Notes under the pieces: generated by a model
The model's input: only the letters and a program-made list of their open reading frames with translations
Told to the model about the DNA's origin: nothing
Database searches by the model: none
Shown: one piece after another, positions 16,962-27,400 of the stretch
Position numbering within the stretch: the first letter of the stretch is position 1
How the letters are laid out: each line of letters opens with the position of its first letter
Source of the DNA: an uncultured Acetatifactor sp.
Lineage (GTDB): Bacteria; Bacillota; Clostridia; Lachnospirales; Lachnospiraceae
DNA length: 64,000 nt
Assembly (NCBI GenBank): GCA_948896875.1
Contig: CAQUWW010000001.1
Span: forward strand, 20,056-84,055
Direction: 5' to 3'
Program-made: the position numbers and the translations under genes

Positions 16962-17891
16962 CTGTCTTTCTCCTCCTTTATTTACTGATTTTTTCTGCGT
17001 ATTCGCCCGATACTGGCTGGGCGTCATGGAAAACTGTGATTTGAACAGACGATAAAAGGACGGCAAATCCTTCAGCCCGCATTCATATACAATCTGCTCA
17101 TTTGTCATCTGCGTCTCTGCCAGGAGCCGGCAGGCCTGATTCAGACGCACGCTGCGAAGATATTCGTGGAAATGCCCTCCTGTGTCCCGATGGAACAGTT
17201 TGCTGAGGTGGGACTTGCTGACAAAAAGAGAATCCGCAATTTTTTCCAGAGTCAGATTTTTGTCCGAATAGCGCTCCATCACGGTACGCATGGCAGAGGA
17301 GACAAGCATCCTGTCCTTTGGCTGCACAGGACACAGACTGCGGGATTCTTCCAGATACCGTTCCATGGTAATCAGAAGGACTGTCAGATGCGCCTTCACC
17401 GCATCCTTCCATTCCGGATTTTTCTCCCTGATTTCACTTTCCAGCATCTGATAGATACGCTCCACATTCTCCAGAGAGCGATTCTTTAAGGATGCACAGG
17501 CTGTCAGAATATCCTCGTTGAAGACGCCGTAGCAGTAGCGGGGACTGTCTGGAGCGGACAATTCGCCGTCGAACCAGTCTCCCACATCAAAAAGCAGGCT
17601 TCGCACTGTGAAGGCTTCCTCCTTTTTCCCTCTGAAATATCCATGAGGCACATCGGCATTGATGATACAGACATCGCCTTTTCTGCAGTGGAGCACTTTA
17701 TTCCACGCACAGAGAACACCGGATCCTTCCGTCACAATACTGATTTCCACAAATTCATGGAAATGCAGATGGGACAGGGAAAAATCCGGTCGAAATACTT
17801 TCTCACAATGGAAAGTATCCTGATAGATGGGATTCTCCTTCAACCATTCGTCTTTGCTCTGCTTCGTGGGCTGGCCATCAGGGTAAATCAC
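16323..17891 (-). CDS. AraC-family regulator (cupin plus double HTH) fused in frame to a corrinoid protein
   Basis: GTG after AGGAGG at 17891; HLHFHEFVEI cupin; AraC HTH (SKSHLSKLF...CGLKDLPSFYRLFKSQFSMTPSQYR); no stop codon before the B12-binding domain. Confidence 0.75.
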   Translation of the reverse strand: MIYPDGQPTKQSKDEWLKENPIYQDTFHCEKVFRPDFSLSHLHFHEFVEISIVTEGSGVLCAWNKVLHCRKGDVCIINADVPHGYFRGKKEEAFTVRSLLFDVGDWFDGELSAPDSPRYCYGVFNEDILTACASLKNRSLENVERIYQMLESEIREKNPEWKDAVKAHLTVLLITMERYLEESRSLCPVQPKDRMLVSSAMRTVMERYSDKNLTLEKIADSLFVSKSHLSKLFHRDTGGHFHEYLRSVRLNQACRLLAETQMTNEQIVYECGLKDLPSFYRLFKSQFSMTPSQYRANTQKKSVNKGGERQMGLLAEISENLQRGKAKVVKELVQQAVDQGIPVDQILNEGLLDGMNIIGEKFKNNEVYVPEVLVAARAMNMGAQVLKPLIEEAGIKATGKVCIGTVKGDLHDIGKNLVKMMMEGKGLEVVDLGTDVEPETYISTAIEQNCQVICCSALLTTTMDVMEEVVKKAEEAGIRDKVKIMIGGAPVTEEYCRKIGADRYTPDAASAADAAVELCAAV

Positions 17892-18040
17892 TTTTCTCCT
17901 CCTGCCGCAATGATACACTGCTGTTCTCAGCTGCCATATATTACCGCATTTTCAGTGTACTACAAAAGAGAAGGAAATGTAATATGGTAATATTGCCATT
18001 TGTCCCAACCCACGGAAACAAAACCATATAAAACCACAGA

Positions 18041-19078
18041 TTACCGGGCCGTTTCGGACTCCAGCTTTATGGGAATCTCATAGAGAACTTCATAACTGTC
18101 ATCCAGGATTTCGCCGTAGGGGGATGACTTCATGTTGCTGCGGATGACTTTCAGGATCAGCTGTGTCCCCATGGTATCCGGTTTGGTATACCAGTAGCCG
18201 TTTACATCATTATCTTCATAGAGATAGACGGTGTAATCATTGCCCAGCTCATCAGACAGAATAAAGCTATATTCATCCCCAGTGTGTCCGATGGTGGCGC
18301 AGTCAATGAACAGAGTCACATAGAGGGCGGATTCCTGAACACGGTTTACTGTGATTGTGTGTTCTCCGAATTCGTAAGACTCATTGATATCCCAGCTTCT
18401 GCCTGTGAAGCAGGATACAGGGGTAAAGGTGCTGGTAAAGCCTTCTCCGCCGTTTGAGTAGAGGAGGCTTACAGTCAGCTCTTCCCCGACCAGGTCTCTG
18501 CCGTCCACCTGTTCCAGATCAATGCAATAGAGCAGGGTCATCGCCGTGTCATTGGACGCATCATCGGAATAAATCTGTGTGTGCAGTCCTTTTGTATATT
18601 CCGACTGGCATAGTACGGTATCGCCTTCTGTAATATAGAAGAACCATGGTAAAAAATAGGTGTGGAAGGAGCCGTCCCGGGCTTCCTCCAGGCCGCTCCA
18701 GTCGAAGGTATAGCTTAACAGCAGATACCGGTCTTCCACAACGGCGCTGTTCAGGGTGGCAATGACGTCGTCACATTCCTGAGTATCGCCTATGTGTACG
18801 GCATATTGGGATTCGATTTCGTCAAAATTCTGCATAATGACGCGGATTTCATTGGCACGATGGGAGAGGAAGTGGCCGATAATCGGAATTGCGGCCAGAC
18901 TGACGCTGCCCAGGAGTATGACTAATGTGGCGGCCAGCACAAGGGACAGCCGCAATTTGGCACGTCGGGGTCGCCGGGTCGCCGATTTCGCCGTTTGTGT
19001 ATCCAGGTATTCCAGGATGTAGCGCTCGTCAACTTCTCCTATTTTGTCCAATAACTGTTCCTGCTTTTTTCTATTCAT
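18041..19078 (-). CDS. Putative anti-sigma factor (DUF4179-like membrane protein)
   Basis: IGEVDERYILE N-terminus, one TM helix, extracellular domain; ATGA overlap with the ECF sigma gene. Confidence 0.7.
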   Translation of the reverse strand: MNRKKQEQLLDKIGEVDERYILEYLDTQTAKSATRRPRRAKLRLSLVLAATLVILLGSVSLAAIPIIGHFLSHRANEIRVIMQNFDEIESQYAVHIGDTQECDDVIATLNSAVVEDRYLLLSYTFDWSGLEEARDGSFHTYFLPWFFYITEGDTVLCQSEYTKGLHTQIYSDDASNDTAMTLLYCIDLEQVDGRDLVGEELTVSLLYSNGGEGFTSTFTPVSCFTGRSWDINESYEFGEHTITVNRVQESALYVTLFIDCATIGHTGDEYSFILSDELGNDYTVYLYEDNDVNGYWYTKPDTMGTQLILKVIRSNMKSSPYGEILDDSYEVLYEIPIKLESETAR

Positions 19079-19629
19079 ATGGCAATTCCTCTTTCTTCCA
19101 GTTTACTTTTCAGCTTCTTCCGCATTCTGGTGAGGCGGATGTTGATGGTATTCTTAGTCACGTTGTTGTGCTCCGCCAGAGACTCTATGGACTCAAGGGC
19201 AAAGTAACGCCCCATGAAGATCAGCCTGTCTTCCGGGGACAGCTCGGCCAGGAAACTGTCAATGGCTTCCCGCAGCAGATCTCCATCTTCGTCAGGTGCG
19301 GTGTTATCCGGGATACAGTCCTCCAGTTCGTCCAGCGCCACCAGATAGACGCCTCCTCCGCGCTTTTTTGCCGTCAGACGGCGGATACGGTCCACGGCCC
19401 GCCGCCTGGTCAACATGGCGGCATAGGAGGCCAACGACGCCGGACGCTTTGGCGGGATGGTATTCCAGATGTCCAACAGCGCATCATTTACACATTCCTC
19501 CACATCCTGGAGTGTGGGCAGAATCCGTCCGGCAAAATTTTTCAGCAATCTGCCGTACCGGCGGATGATTTCGTCCAGAGCGGATTCTCTGCGCTCCATG
19601 AGCAGAGTGATGATTTCGGTATCTTCCAT
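19075..19629 (-). CDS. ECF RNA polymerase sigma factor
   Basis: DVEECVNDALLDIWNTIPP (region 2); region 4 IFMGRYF...TINIRLTRMRKKLK. Confidence 0.92.
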   Translation of the reverse strand: MEDTEIITLLMERRESALDEIIRRYGRLLKNFAGRILPTLQDVEECVNDALLDIWNTIPPKRPASLASYAAMLTRRRAVDRIRRLTAKKRGGGVYLVALDELEDCIPDNTAPDEDGDLLREAIDSFLAELSPEDRLIFMGRYFALESIESLAEHNNVTKNTINIRLTRMRKKLKSKLEERGIAI

Positions 19630-19814
19630 AGGTTTTTCCTTTCGTTTATTCAGATTGGCCCGGCCGGACCGCCTTCTATCTATTAAATCGGAAAAATGGA
19701 GAGAAACTTTCGTGGAATTAAGAAAGAATGAGGTTTTATTTGCATAATAAGGGAATATGGGCTAAAATAATTTTAAGGAAGGACCATAAGCCATGTAAGA
19801 CAGGAGGCCGCCTG

Positions 19815-21392
19815 ATGGGGAATTATTTGAATCCGGGGAATGAAACTTTCTATAAGATGGTAAATTCCGAGATTTATATAGACAAAACCGGTTTACTGAA
19901 ATATACGAATAAAGTGATGAATACCATGCAGGGCTATTTGTGCGTAAGCCGGCCCAGGCGTTTTGGAAAGTCTATGGCGGCTGCGATGCTGACGGCATAT
20001 TACAGCTGTGAATGCGATTCCAGGGATTTGTTTTCTCCTTATGAGATTGCCGGAAGTGAAGATTTTGAAAAGTATCTGAATCAATATAATACAATCTTCC
20101 TGAATATGCAGGAATTTATGAGTCAGAGCAGGGATATGGACGGGATGCTGGATTTGATCCGAAGAAGTGTGTTATGGGATCTGATTGAGAAATATCCGGA
20201 CATCCGTTATTTCGATAATACAAATCTGGTGAGGAGTATGCAGGATATTTATGCCGGAACCAGATGCCCTTTTGTGATTATCATTGATGAGTGGGACTGT
20301 GTGTTTCGAAAGTATAAGACGGAGAAAGAAGTACAGGAGCGCTATCTTGATTTCCTGCGGGAGCTGATGAAAGATAAGGGATATATTCATCTCGCTTATA
20401 TGACAGGAATCCTTCCAATAAAGAAATATGGTACGCATTCTGCCTTGAATATGTTTGATGAGTTTACCATGATTGACCCGGGGCCTCTGGCTTCCTATGT
20501 GGGGTTTACGGAAGGGGAAGTCCGGAAACTTTGTGAACAGTATGGGATGGAGATGGAGGAAGTGAAGAGCTGGTATGACGGATATTCTTTTGAAACGGAA
20601 GTGTCTGTCTATAGTCCAAAGTCTGTGGTCAGCTGTATGCGCTTTGGCAGAATTGGAAATTACTGGAATCAGACGGAGACCTTTGAAGCCTTGAAAGTTT
20701 ATATAGATATGGACTATGACGGTTTGCGGGAAGATGTGTTGAGTATGATTGCCGGAGAGAAGGTGCCTGTAAATACGGGAAGCTTTACCAATGATATGGC
20801 AACCTTCCGAACAGAGGATGACATCCTTACCCTGTTGATTCATCTGGGGTATCTTGGATATGATTCTCTGGAGAAAAGTGTATTTATTCCCAACAGTGAA
20901 GTGCGATCCGAATATGTGAATGCGGTATCCGTATCAGATTGGGGTGAAATCTCGAGAGCCTTGAAGAATTCGGCGGACACGTTGAAGGCCTTATGGCAGA
21001 AACAGCCCGGGCTGGTTGAGGAGAGTATGAAGGAAGCACATTTTGAAACGTCTCATATCCAGTACAATGAGGAAAATGCTTTGAGCTATACCATTTCACT
21101 TGCTTTGTACGCGGCAAGGAATTTTTATACCATACACAGGGAGATGGCCGGAGGCAAGGGATTTGCAGATCTTGTATTTATTCCCCGGAGACGCTATCAG
21201 GACAAACCTGCGCTGGTAGTGGAGCTGAAATGGGACCGGAATGCCCGGGGCGCTCTGGAACAGATTAAGACAAAAGGATATTGTAGAAGCCTGGAGGAAT
21301 ATCATGGTAATCTTCTGCTGGTAGGAGTGAACTATGACCGAAAGACCAAAGAGCACGAATGCGTGATTGAAGAATATGTGGTAAATGCCTGA
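19815..21392 (+). CDS. AAA-ATPase-like protein with PD-(D/E)XK nuclease domain (paralog of 1595-3196)
   Basis: YLNPGN, YIDKT, RPRRFGKS, IIDEWD and GFADLV...VVELKW; RBS AGGAGG. Confidence 0.9.
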   Translation: MGNYLNPGNETFYKMVNSEIYIDKTGLLKYTNKVMNTMQGYLCVSRPRRFGKSMAAAMLTAYYSCECDSRDLFSPYEIAGSEDFEKYLNQYNTIFLNMQEFMSQSRDMDGMLDLIRRSVLWDLIEKYPDIRYFDNTNLVRSMQDIYAGTRCPFVIIIDEWDCVFRKYKTEKEVQERYLDFLRELMKDKGYIHLAYMTGILPIKKYGTHSALNMFDEFTMIDPGPLASYVGFTEGEVRKLCEQYGMEMEEVKSWYDGYSFETEVSVYSPKSVVSCMRFGRIGNYWNQTETFEALKVYIDMDYDGLREDVLSMIAGEKVPVNTGSFTNDMATFRTEDDILTLLIHLGYLGYDSLEKSVFIPNSEVRSEYVNAVSVSDWGEISRALKNSADTLKALWQKQPGLVEESMKEAHFETSHIQYNEENALSYTISLALYAARNFYTIHREMAGGKGFADLVFIPRRRYQDKPALVVELKWDRNARGALEQIKTKGYCRSLEEYHGNLLLVGVNYDRKTKEHECVIEEYVVNA

Positions 21393-21480
21393 CCAGTTTG
21401 TCGGACGGGGATGATAGAGTTCGCGAAGCGATTTCTATAAACATTATTAATATGCTGAAAAAGAAAGCGAGGGTACCATT

Positions 21481-22320
21481 ATGGGAATTGTTAGTATGCG
21501 GTTTCCGGGAGGGAAGAAAAGAGCTCTGACCTTGAGCTATGACGACGGTGTGGAGCAGGACGTGCGCTTGATTGACATTATGAAAAAGCATGGCCTGAAG
21601 GGAACCTTTAACATCAACAGCGGACAGTATGCGCCGGAGGGAAAGACCTGGCCGGAGGGAACCATTCACAGAAGGATGTCCAAAAAGATGTGCCAGGAGC
21701 TGTATGGGAACAGCGGCATGGAGGTGGCGGTTCATGGACTGAACCACCCGTGGCTGGAGCAGCTGCCGGAAAATCTGTGTACTTATGAAGTTCTGCAGGA
21801 CCGCATGAACCTGGAGGCAGAGTATGGCGGAATGGTCAGGGGTATGGCTTATCCTTTTGGCACTTACAATGATTCTGTGGTGGATACCTTGAAGTGCTGC
21901 GGCATTGCGTATTCCAGGACTGTGGAATCCACGGAGAAGTTTGACATTCCAAAGGACTGGCTGAGAATGCCGGCTACCTGCCATCACAATAATCCCAGAT
22001 TAATGGAGTTGGCTCATGCGTTTGTGGAAAATCCGTTCCCATTCGCTCCGGGGCTCTTCTATCTGTGGGGTCATAGCTATGAATTTGAGGCCAATGATAA
22101 TTGGCAGGTGATAGAAGAATTTGCAGAATTCATGGGAAATCGGGATGACATATGGTACGCTACCAATATTGAGGTTTATGATTACATAGCTGCTTACCAT
22201 CAGCTGATATTCAGTATGGACCAGAAGAAGGTTTATAATCCTACCTATACAACACTGTATTTCAGGATGAATATGCATGATTACAGTGTGAAGCCGGGGG
22301 AGACGCTTATCTGTGAATAG
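21481..22320 (+). CDS. Polysaccharide deacetylase (CE4), cytoplasmic
   Basis: TLSYDDG, EVAVHGLNHP, AYPFG and LWGHSYEF; no signal peptide. Confidence 0.88.
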   Translation: MGIVSMRFPGGKKRALTLSYDDGVEQDVRLIDIMKKHGLKGTFNINSGQYAPEGKTWPEGTIHRRMSKKMCQELYGNSGMEVAVHGLNHPWLEQLPENLCTYEVLQDRMNLEAEYGGMVRGMAYPFGTYNDSVVDTLKCCGIAYSRTVESTEKFDIPKDWLRMPATCHHNNPRLMELAHAFVENPFPFAPGLFYLWGHSYEFEANDNWQVIEEFAEFMGNRDDIWYATNIEVYDYIAAYHQLIFSMDQKKVYNPTYTTLYFRMNMHDYSVKPGETLICE

Positions 22321-22325
22321 TTATC

Positions 22326-22367
22326 AAAAAAGGTCGGGAATCTGGCAACAGGTTCCCGACCTTTTTT
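22326..22367 (+). terminator. Rho-independent terminator (bidirectional type)
   Basis: AAAAAAGGTCGGGAA...TTCCCGACCTTTTTT. Confidence 0.85.
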
Positions 22368-22368
22368 G

Positions 22369-22413
22369 TTCATGACAATAGAATCCTCGCAAAGCGTGGA
22401 TTCTATTGTTGCA
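22369..22413. repeat. Hairpin repeat family B, copy 2
   Basis: TTCATGACAATAGAATCCTCGCAAAGCGTGGATTCTATTGTTGC; similar to 5712-5760. Confidence 0.7.
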
Positions 22414-22445
22414 TAATCCGCACAGGAGAAAAATCCTATAATAAA

Positions 22446-22760
22446 AATGTATACAAAAACAAAATTTTTGCAAAAATGAAAAAATATATTGTATACAAAA
22501 ATAAAATATGGCGAGTAAGAGATAAAGTGGAATGAAAGAGCAGATATAGTAAAAATAGACAAAAAAGAGGCACAAAAACTGGGAAATATTATGTATAGAC
22601 ACAGGATAAAATGGGCGTTACAATAGAAATACATTCATGCAGGCATCCAAAACAAGAAAAGGAAGAATGTGTGAGAAAATAAAAATTGTATACAAAATAT
22701 GGAAAAGCAAGGAGAAAATACCAAATCAAGAAAATGCGCTTGATTCCAAAATGTATACAA
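22446..22760. promoter_or_regulatory. Four TGTATACA palindromes, putative GntR/FadR-type operators
   Basis: TGTATACA at 22448, 22490, 22687 and 22752 in an AT-rich promoter region; the last abuts the RBS; a GntR gene lies within the locus. Confidence 0.7.
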
Positions 22761-22773
22761 AAGAAGGAGGAAG

Positions 22774-24387
22774 ATGATGAAAAAAGACGGAAAAAGGTTA
22801 CTGGCAATTGTGGCTGCCATGTCACTGATGATGACGGGCTGCGGCAGCGGTGCGGGTGATGAAGAGGGCAGTACAAGCTCTTCCCAAAACGCTGTACAAT
22901 CGGAAAGTCAGACAGGGGAGAGCAGTGACGGAGAAAGTACATCCGGGAAGACATCCGTGACGATTGCCTGCGCGGCGGAACCGGATTATTTCTATCCGCA
23001 CAGCGCGGAGACTACCACCTCCATGGATGAGGTACCGATCCTGCAGAATGTTTATGAGACACTGATTCGTATGGAAGCGGACGGCTCGTATACGCCGCTT
23101 CTTGCAACGGACTGGGAGATTTCCGAAGATGGCAAGGTATATACTTTCCACCTGCGCGACGATGTGTATTTTCATGACGGAAACAAGATGACCGCGGAGG
23201 ATGTGGCATACAGCCTCAATATAGCACCTTCCCATTCCGCGTATATGTCCAGCCTGGATACCTGTAATGTGGTAGATGAGACTACGGTAGAAATGATACT
23301 TACGGATGCGTATGCACCGATTCTGAATGTAATCTGCTCCAGAGACGGGTTGATTGTGGAGAAGGCTTATGCCGAGAGTGTGGGAGATGACGGATACAGC
23401 GAGGCGCCCATCGGTACCGGCCCATATAAATTTGTAGAGCGTGTCTCAGGGGATCATGTGACCATGGTTGCAAACGAGAATTACTGGGGAGAAGCGCCGG
23501 CTATCAAGGAAGTTAATTATAAAATTATCACAGATGCCAACAGCCAGATGGTGGCGCTGGAGAGCGGGGATATCGATGTGCTGTTCCAGGCCAACATTTC
23601 TTCTCTGATCAAGATGAATTCGGATGCCATTGCCTGGGAGACCTGCGATGCATCCTCCATTATGGCGATGCAGCTCAATTGTAAAGAAGGACCGGCCGCT
23701 GATCTGGAATTCCGGAAAGCGCTGCAATGTGGAATTAATAAGGAAGAGATTAATATAGGCGTATATGAGGGAACGGCTTCCATGGGAGATATTCCGATTC
23801 CTCCTGCTTTTTCAGGTTATCCCGAGGATGGATCCTTTGACACAGTGGCGTTTGACGCGGATGCGGCGAAAGCACATCTGGAAGCCTCAGGTTACAACGG
23901 AGAGGAATTCGAAATTATCACGGTATCCGGAACGAAGAATGAGAGCGCAGCACAGATTGTACAGGGACAGCTGATCAATCTTGGCATTAACTGTGTGGTG
24001 ACAGCAGTAGACGCTTCCTCCTATTTTGCCAAATACAAGGCGGGAGAATATGACGCCAGCATGCGTGCAGGAGGGATTTCCATTCTGGATGCGGATGGAC
24101 TGTATTCCATTTATAATGCGGAATATACCACCGGTATCACCGGCAATTCCGATATCGGAATCTGGAATGATGAGCTGATCAATCTGCTGAAGGAAGGGCG
24201 TGTCACTGTGGATGAAGCGGCCCGGAAATCCCTGTATGCACAGGTGTGCAATATCATCACGGAGAATGTGTACTCGGTAACTTTGTATTATGATGTGAAT
24301 GCGGTAGCTTATAATAGTGATCTGCAGGGAGTCGTTCCTTCACAGCTGGTGGGACTGTATTATATCAATGACTGGTCCTGGAAATAA
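22774..24387 (+). CDS. Opp/Dpp (family 5) ABC solute-binding lipoprotein
   Basis: Lipobox MTGC; PLLATDWEISEDG..YTFHLR..FHDG..TAEDV; PIGTGPYK. Confidence 0.92.
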   Translation: MMKKDGKRLLAIVAAMSLMMTGCGSGAGDEEGSTSSSQNAVQSESQTGESSDGESTSGKTSVTIACAAEPDYFYPHSAETTTSMDEVPILQNVYETLIRMEADGSYTPLLATDWEISEDGKVYTFHLRDDVYFHDGNKMTAEDVAYSLNIAPSHSAYMSSLDTCNVVDETTVEMILTDAYAPILNVICSRDGLIVEKAYAESVGDDGYSEAPIGTGPYKFVERVSGDHVTMVANENYWGEAPAIKEVNYKIITDANSQMVALESGDIDVLFQANISSLIKMNSDAIAWETCDASSIMAMQLNCKEGPAADLEFRKALQCGINKEEINIGVYEGTASMGDIPIPPAFSGYPEDGSFDTVAFDADAAKAHLEASGYNGEEFEIITVSGTKNESAAQIVQGQLINLGINCVVTAVDASSYFAKYKAGEYDASMRAGGISILDADGLYSIYNAEYTTGITGNSDIGIWNDELINLLKEGRVTVDEAARKSLYAQVCNIITENVYSVTLYYDVNAVAYNSDLQGVVPSQLVGLYYINDWSWK

Positions 24388-24412
24388 GAAGGAATCTACA
24401 GAGGAAGACAGG

Positions 24413-27400
24413 ATGTATCTGAAAAGTAACTCAGAGGAACTGAAGAAAGAAGAATTCCGTAATCCATCCAGAGATTTTCGGGGAGCGCCGTTCTGGGCGT
24501 GGAACTGTAGACTGGACAGGGAAACCATCCGCAGTCAGATCCACATGCTGAAGGAAATGGGGTTCGGCGGTTTCCACATTCATGTGAGAACCGGGATGGA
24601 TACCACATATCTGTCGGATGAATATATGGAATATGTCCAATATGCGGTGGAGGAAGGAAAAAAGGAACAGATCAGAGCCTGGCTTTACGATGAAGACCGG
24701 TGGCCCTCCGGGGCTGCCGGAGGCATGGTGACAAAGAAGCCGGAATATCGTGCCAGGTATCTTCTGTTCACGCCGCGCCCCTATGGAAGTCCGCCTGCCC
24801 CGGAGGAGGGTAAACCGAGATTTGCCCAGGGCAGGGGTGGGAACCGGGAAGAAAACGGAGAGCTGCTGGCCATATATGATGTTGCGTTGGGGCGAAACGG
24901 AGAGCTGGAGGAATACAGGATTTACAGGAAAGGAGAGAAGCCCCGGGGCGTATTGTGGTATGCATATCTGGAGACGGCGGTTCCCAATCCCTGGTTTAAC
25001 AACCAGACCTATGTCAATACTTTAGAGCAGGAAGCGACGGAAACATTTCTGCAGATAACACATGAACGGTATGCGGAGGTATTGCAGGAGGAATTCGGAA
25101 GAGAGCTTCTGGCCATTTTCACGGATGAGCCTCAGCATGTGATAAAAGGACACCTGCCTCTGGCTAAGGGGAAAGGAGATGTCTTTTTACCCTGGACACC
25201 GTCTCTGCAGGATACCTTTCGGAAGGAATATGGATATGATTTGCTGGAAAAACTTCCGGAGCTTTTCTGGGAGCTTCCGGAGAATCGTATTTCTGTGACT
25301 CGCTATCAGTACCATAATCATGTGGCAGATCGATTTGTGGGGGGATACTGTGAACCCCTGGGGCAATGGTGCCGCAGACATTCGCTGTGGCTCACCGGGC
25401 ATGTGATGCTGGAGCCCACGCTGGAGAGTCAGAGCTCCATGGTAGGCGAGGCCATGCGGTGTTATCCGTCCTTTGGACTGCCTGGAATCGATATCCTCTG
25501 TGACAGACATGAATACAATACGGCAAAGCAATGCCAGTCTGTGGTACATCAGACTGGTGCACCGGGGATGCTGTCCGAACTGTACGGAGTGACCGGATGG
25601 GATTATGATTTCAGAAGCCATAAGCTGCAGGGAGACTGGCAGGCGGCACTGGGAGTGACACTGCGAGTACCGCATTTGGCATGGATGTCCATGAAGGGAG
25701 AGGCGAAAAGGGATTACCCGGCCAGCATTGCGTGGCAGTCTCCCTGGTGGAAGGATTACCGGATCATAGAAGACTATTTTGCCCGCGTCAATACGGCGAT
25801 GACAAGAGGGCTTCCCTGTGTGGATATCGGAATTATTCACCCAATTGAGAGCTACTGGCTGCATTGGGGACCCCAGGACCAGACTTCGGCAGTCAGGGCG
25901 CAGATGGAAGAACGATTTTCCCATCTCACGGAGCTTTTGCTTTTTTCCGCTCTGGATTTCGATTTTATCAGTGAGGCGCTTCTTTCCGGACAAATTGGCG
26001 AAGCAGGGAATCTATTTGCCGTTGGCAAAATGAAATACAGAACCGTGGTGGTCCCGGCCTGTGAGACACTCCGGGAATCCACGGTGGAGTGTCTGGAAAA
26101 TTTCTTATGCCAGGGCGGAAGGTTGCTTTTTATCGGTCCATGTCCTGTATATATGGATGCGCGGAGGGATGAAGAGATAAGAGCGCGGCTGGAACACCTT
26201 TACCAGGCTGCCGGGAGAATAGAATTTGAAGACAGTAGTATTCTGGCTGCCCTGGAGAAAGAAAGAAAACTGGAAATCCGGGATGCAGCAGGGAATCCTG
26301 CGAACATGCTGCTCCATCAGATAAGACAGGAAGGAGAGGACTACTGGGTATTTATTGCACGGGGCAGGAATCCGGTTTCTCCGGACGTGGATCCCGCAGA
26401 TATTCTTACCTTTACTTTTCGGGGAGCATATCGGATTCACGAATACGATGCGTTGACGGGAGAAATACGCAGCCTGGAAGCGGAATACATACAGGACAAT
26501 ACAGTGATTAGGAGGCCATGGCATCTCCATGACAGTCTGCTGCTGAGGCTGATGCCGGCGGAACAGGAGGAGACGGCGCATACCGGCAGAGCGCGAGAAG
26601 TGCAGGAGAAAAATATGGCGGATGTGTGCCGGCAGGAAGCACAGGAGAAAAGATATTTCCAAAAGGTAAAGGTAATTCTGGATGAACCCAACACCTGCCT
26701 CCTGGACATGGCGGAGTATGCGCTGGACGGGGAGGAGTTCCGCCCCATGGAAGAAATCCTCCGCCTGGACAATGCCTGCCGCCGGAGGGCAGGTCTGCCG
26801 GAGAGAAACAGGAATGTCATGCAGCCATATCTGATCAGAAAAGAGAAACCCTCTCACAAAATCAGGCTCCGTTTTTCTATAAAAAGCGAGATTGTGCTGG
26901 AAAAGCTTCATCTTGCGCTGGAGGACAGAGGAGATACGGAAATTGTGTGGAACGGAAAAAAGGTGGAAACGGAAGCAGACGACTGGTATGTGGATCGGGC
27001 CATTGAGACAGTACCCCTGCCGGGGCTTAAGACGGGAATCAATATGCTGGAGCTGACCGTACCGCTGGGAGCACAGACCAATACGGAAAACTGTTTTCTG
27101 CTGGGGGACTTCGGTGTGCGGGTGGAAGGAACGATAAAGACTCTGATACCGCCGGTCAGAACTCTGGCCTTCGGAGATATCGTGACACAGGGACTGCCTT
27201 TTTATACGGGAAATCTGACTTATGAATATGATGTGGAAACCAATGGAGAGTTTACAATAAGAATTCCACAGTATCGAGGAGCTGCGGTAAAGGTCGGGGT
27301 GGATGGGCAGGAAAAGGGAATTCCTGCATTTGCGCCTTATGAGTGCAGGATATCCGATGTAGAGCCGGGACGTCACAGATTGTCGCTGACTTTGCTTAAC

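Noticed and set aside
19681..19712. ECF autoregulatory promoter (GAAAG-N16-CGAT on the minus strand)
   Set aside because: Only a loose match with no second instance to support it.
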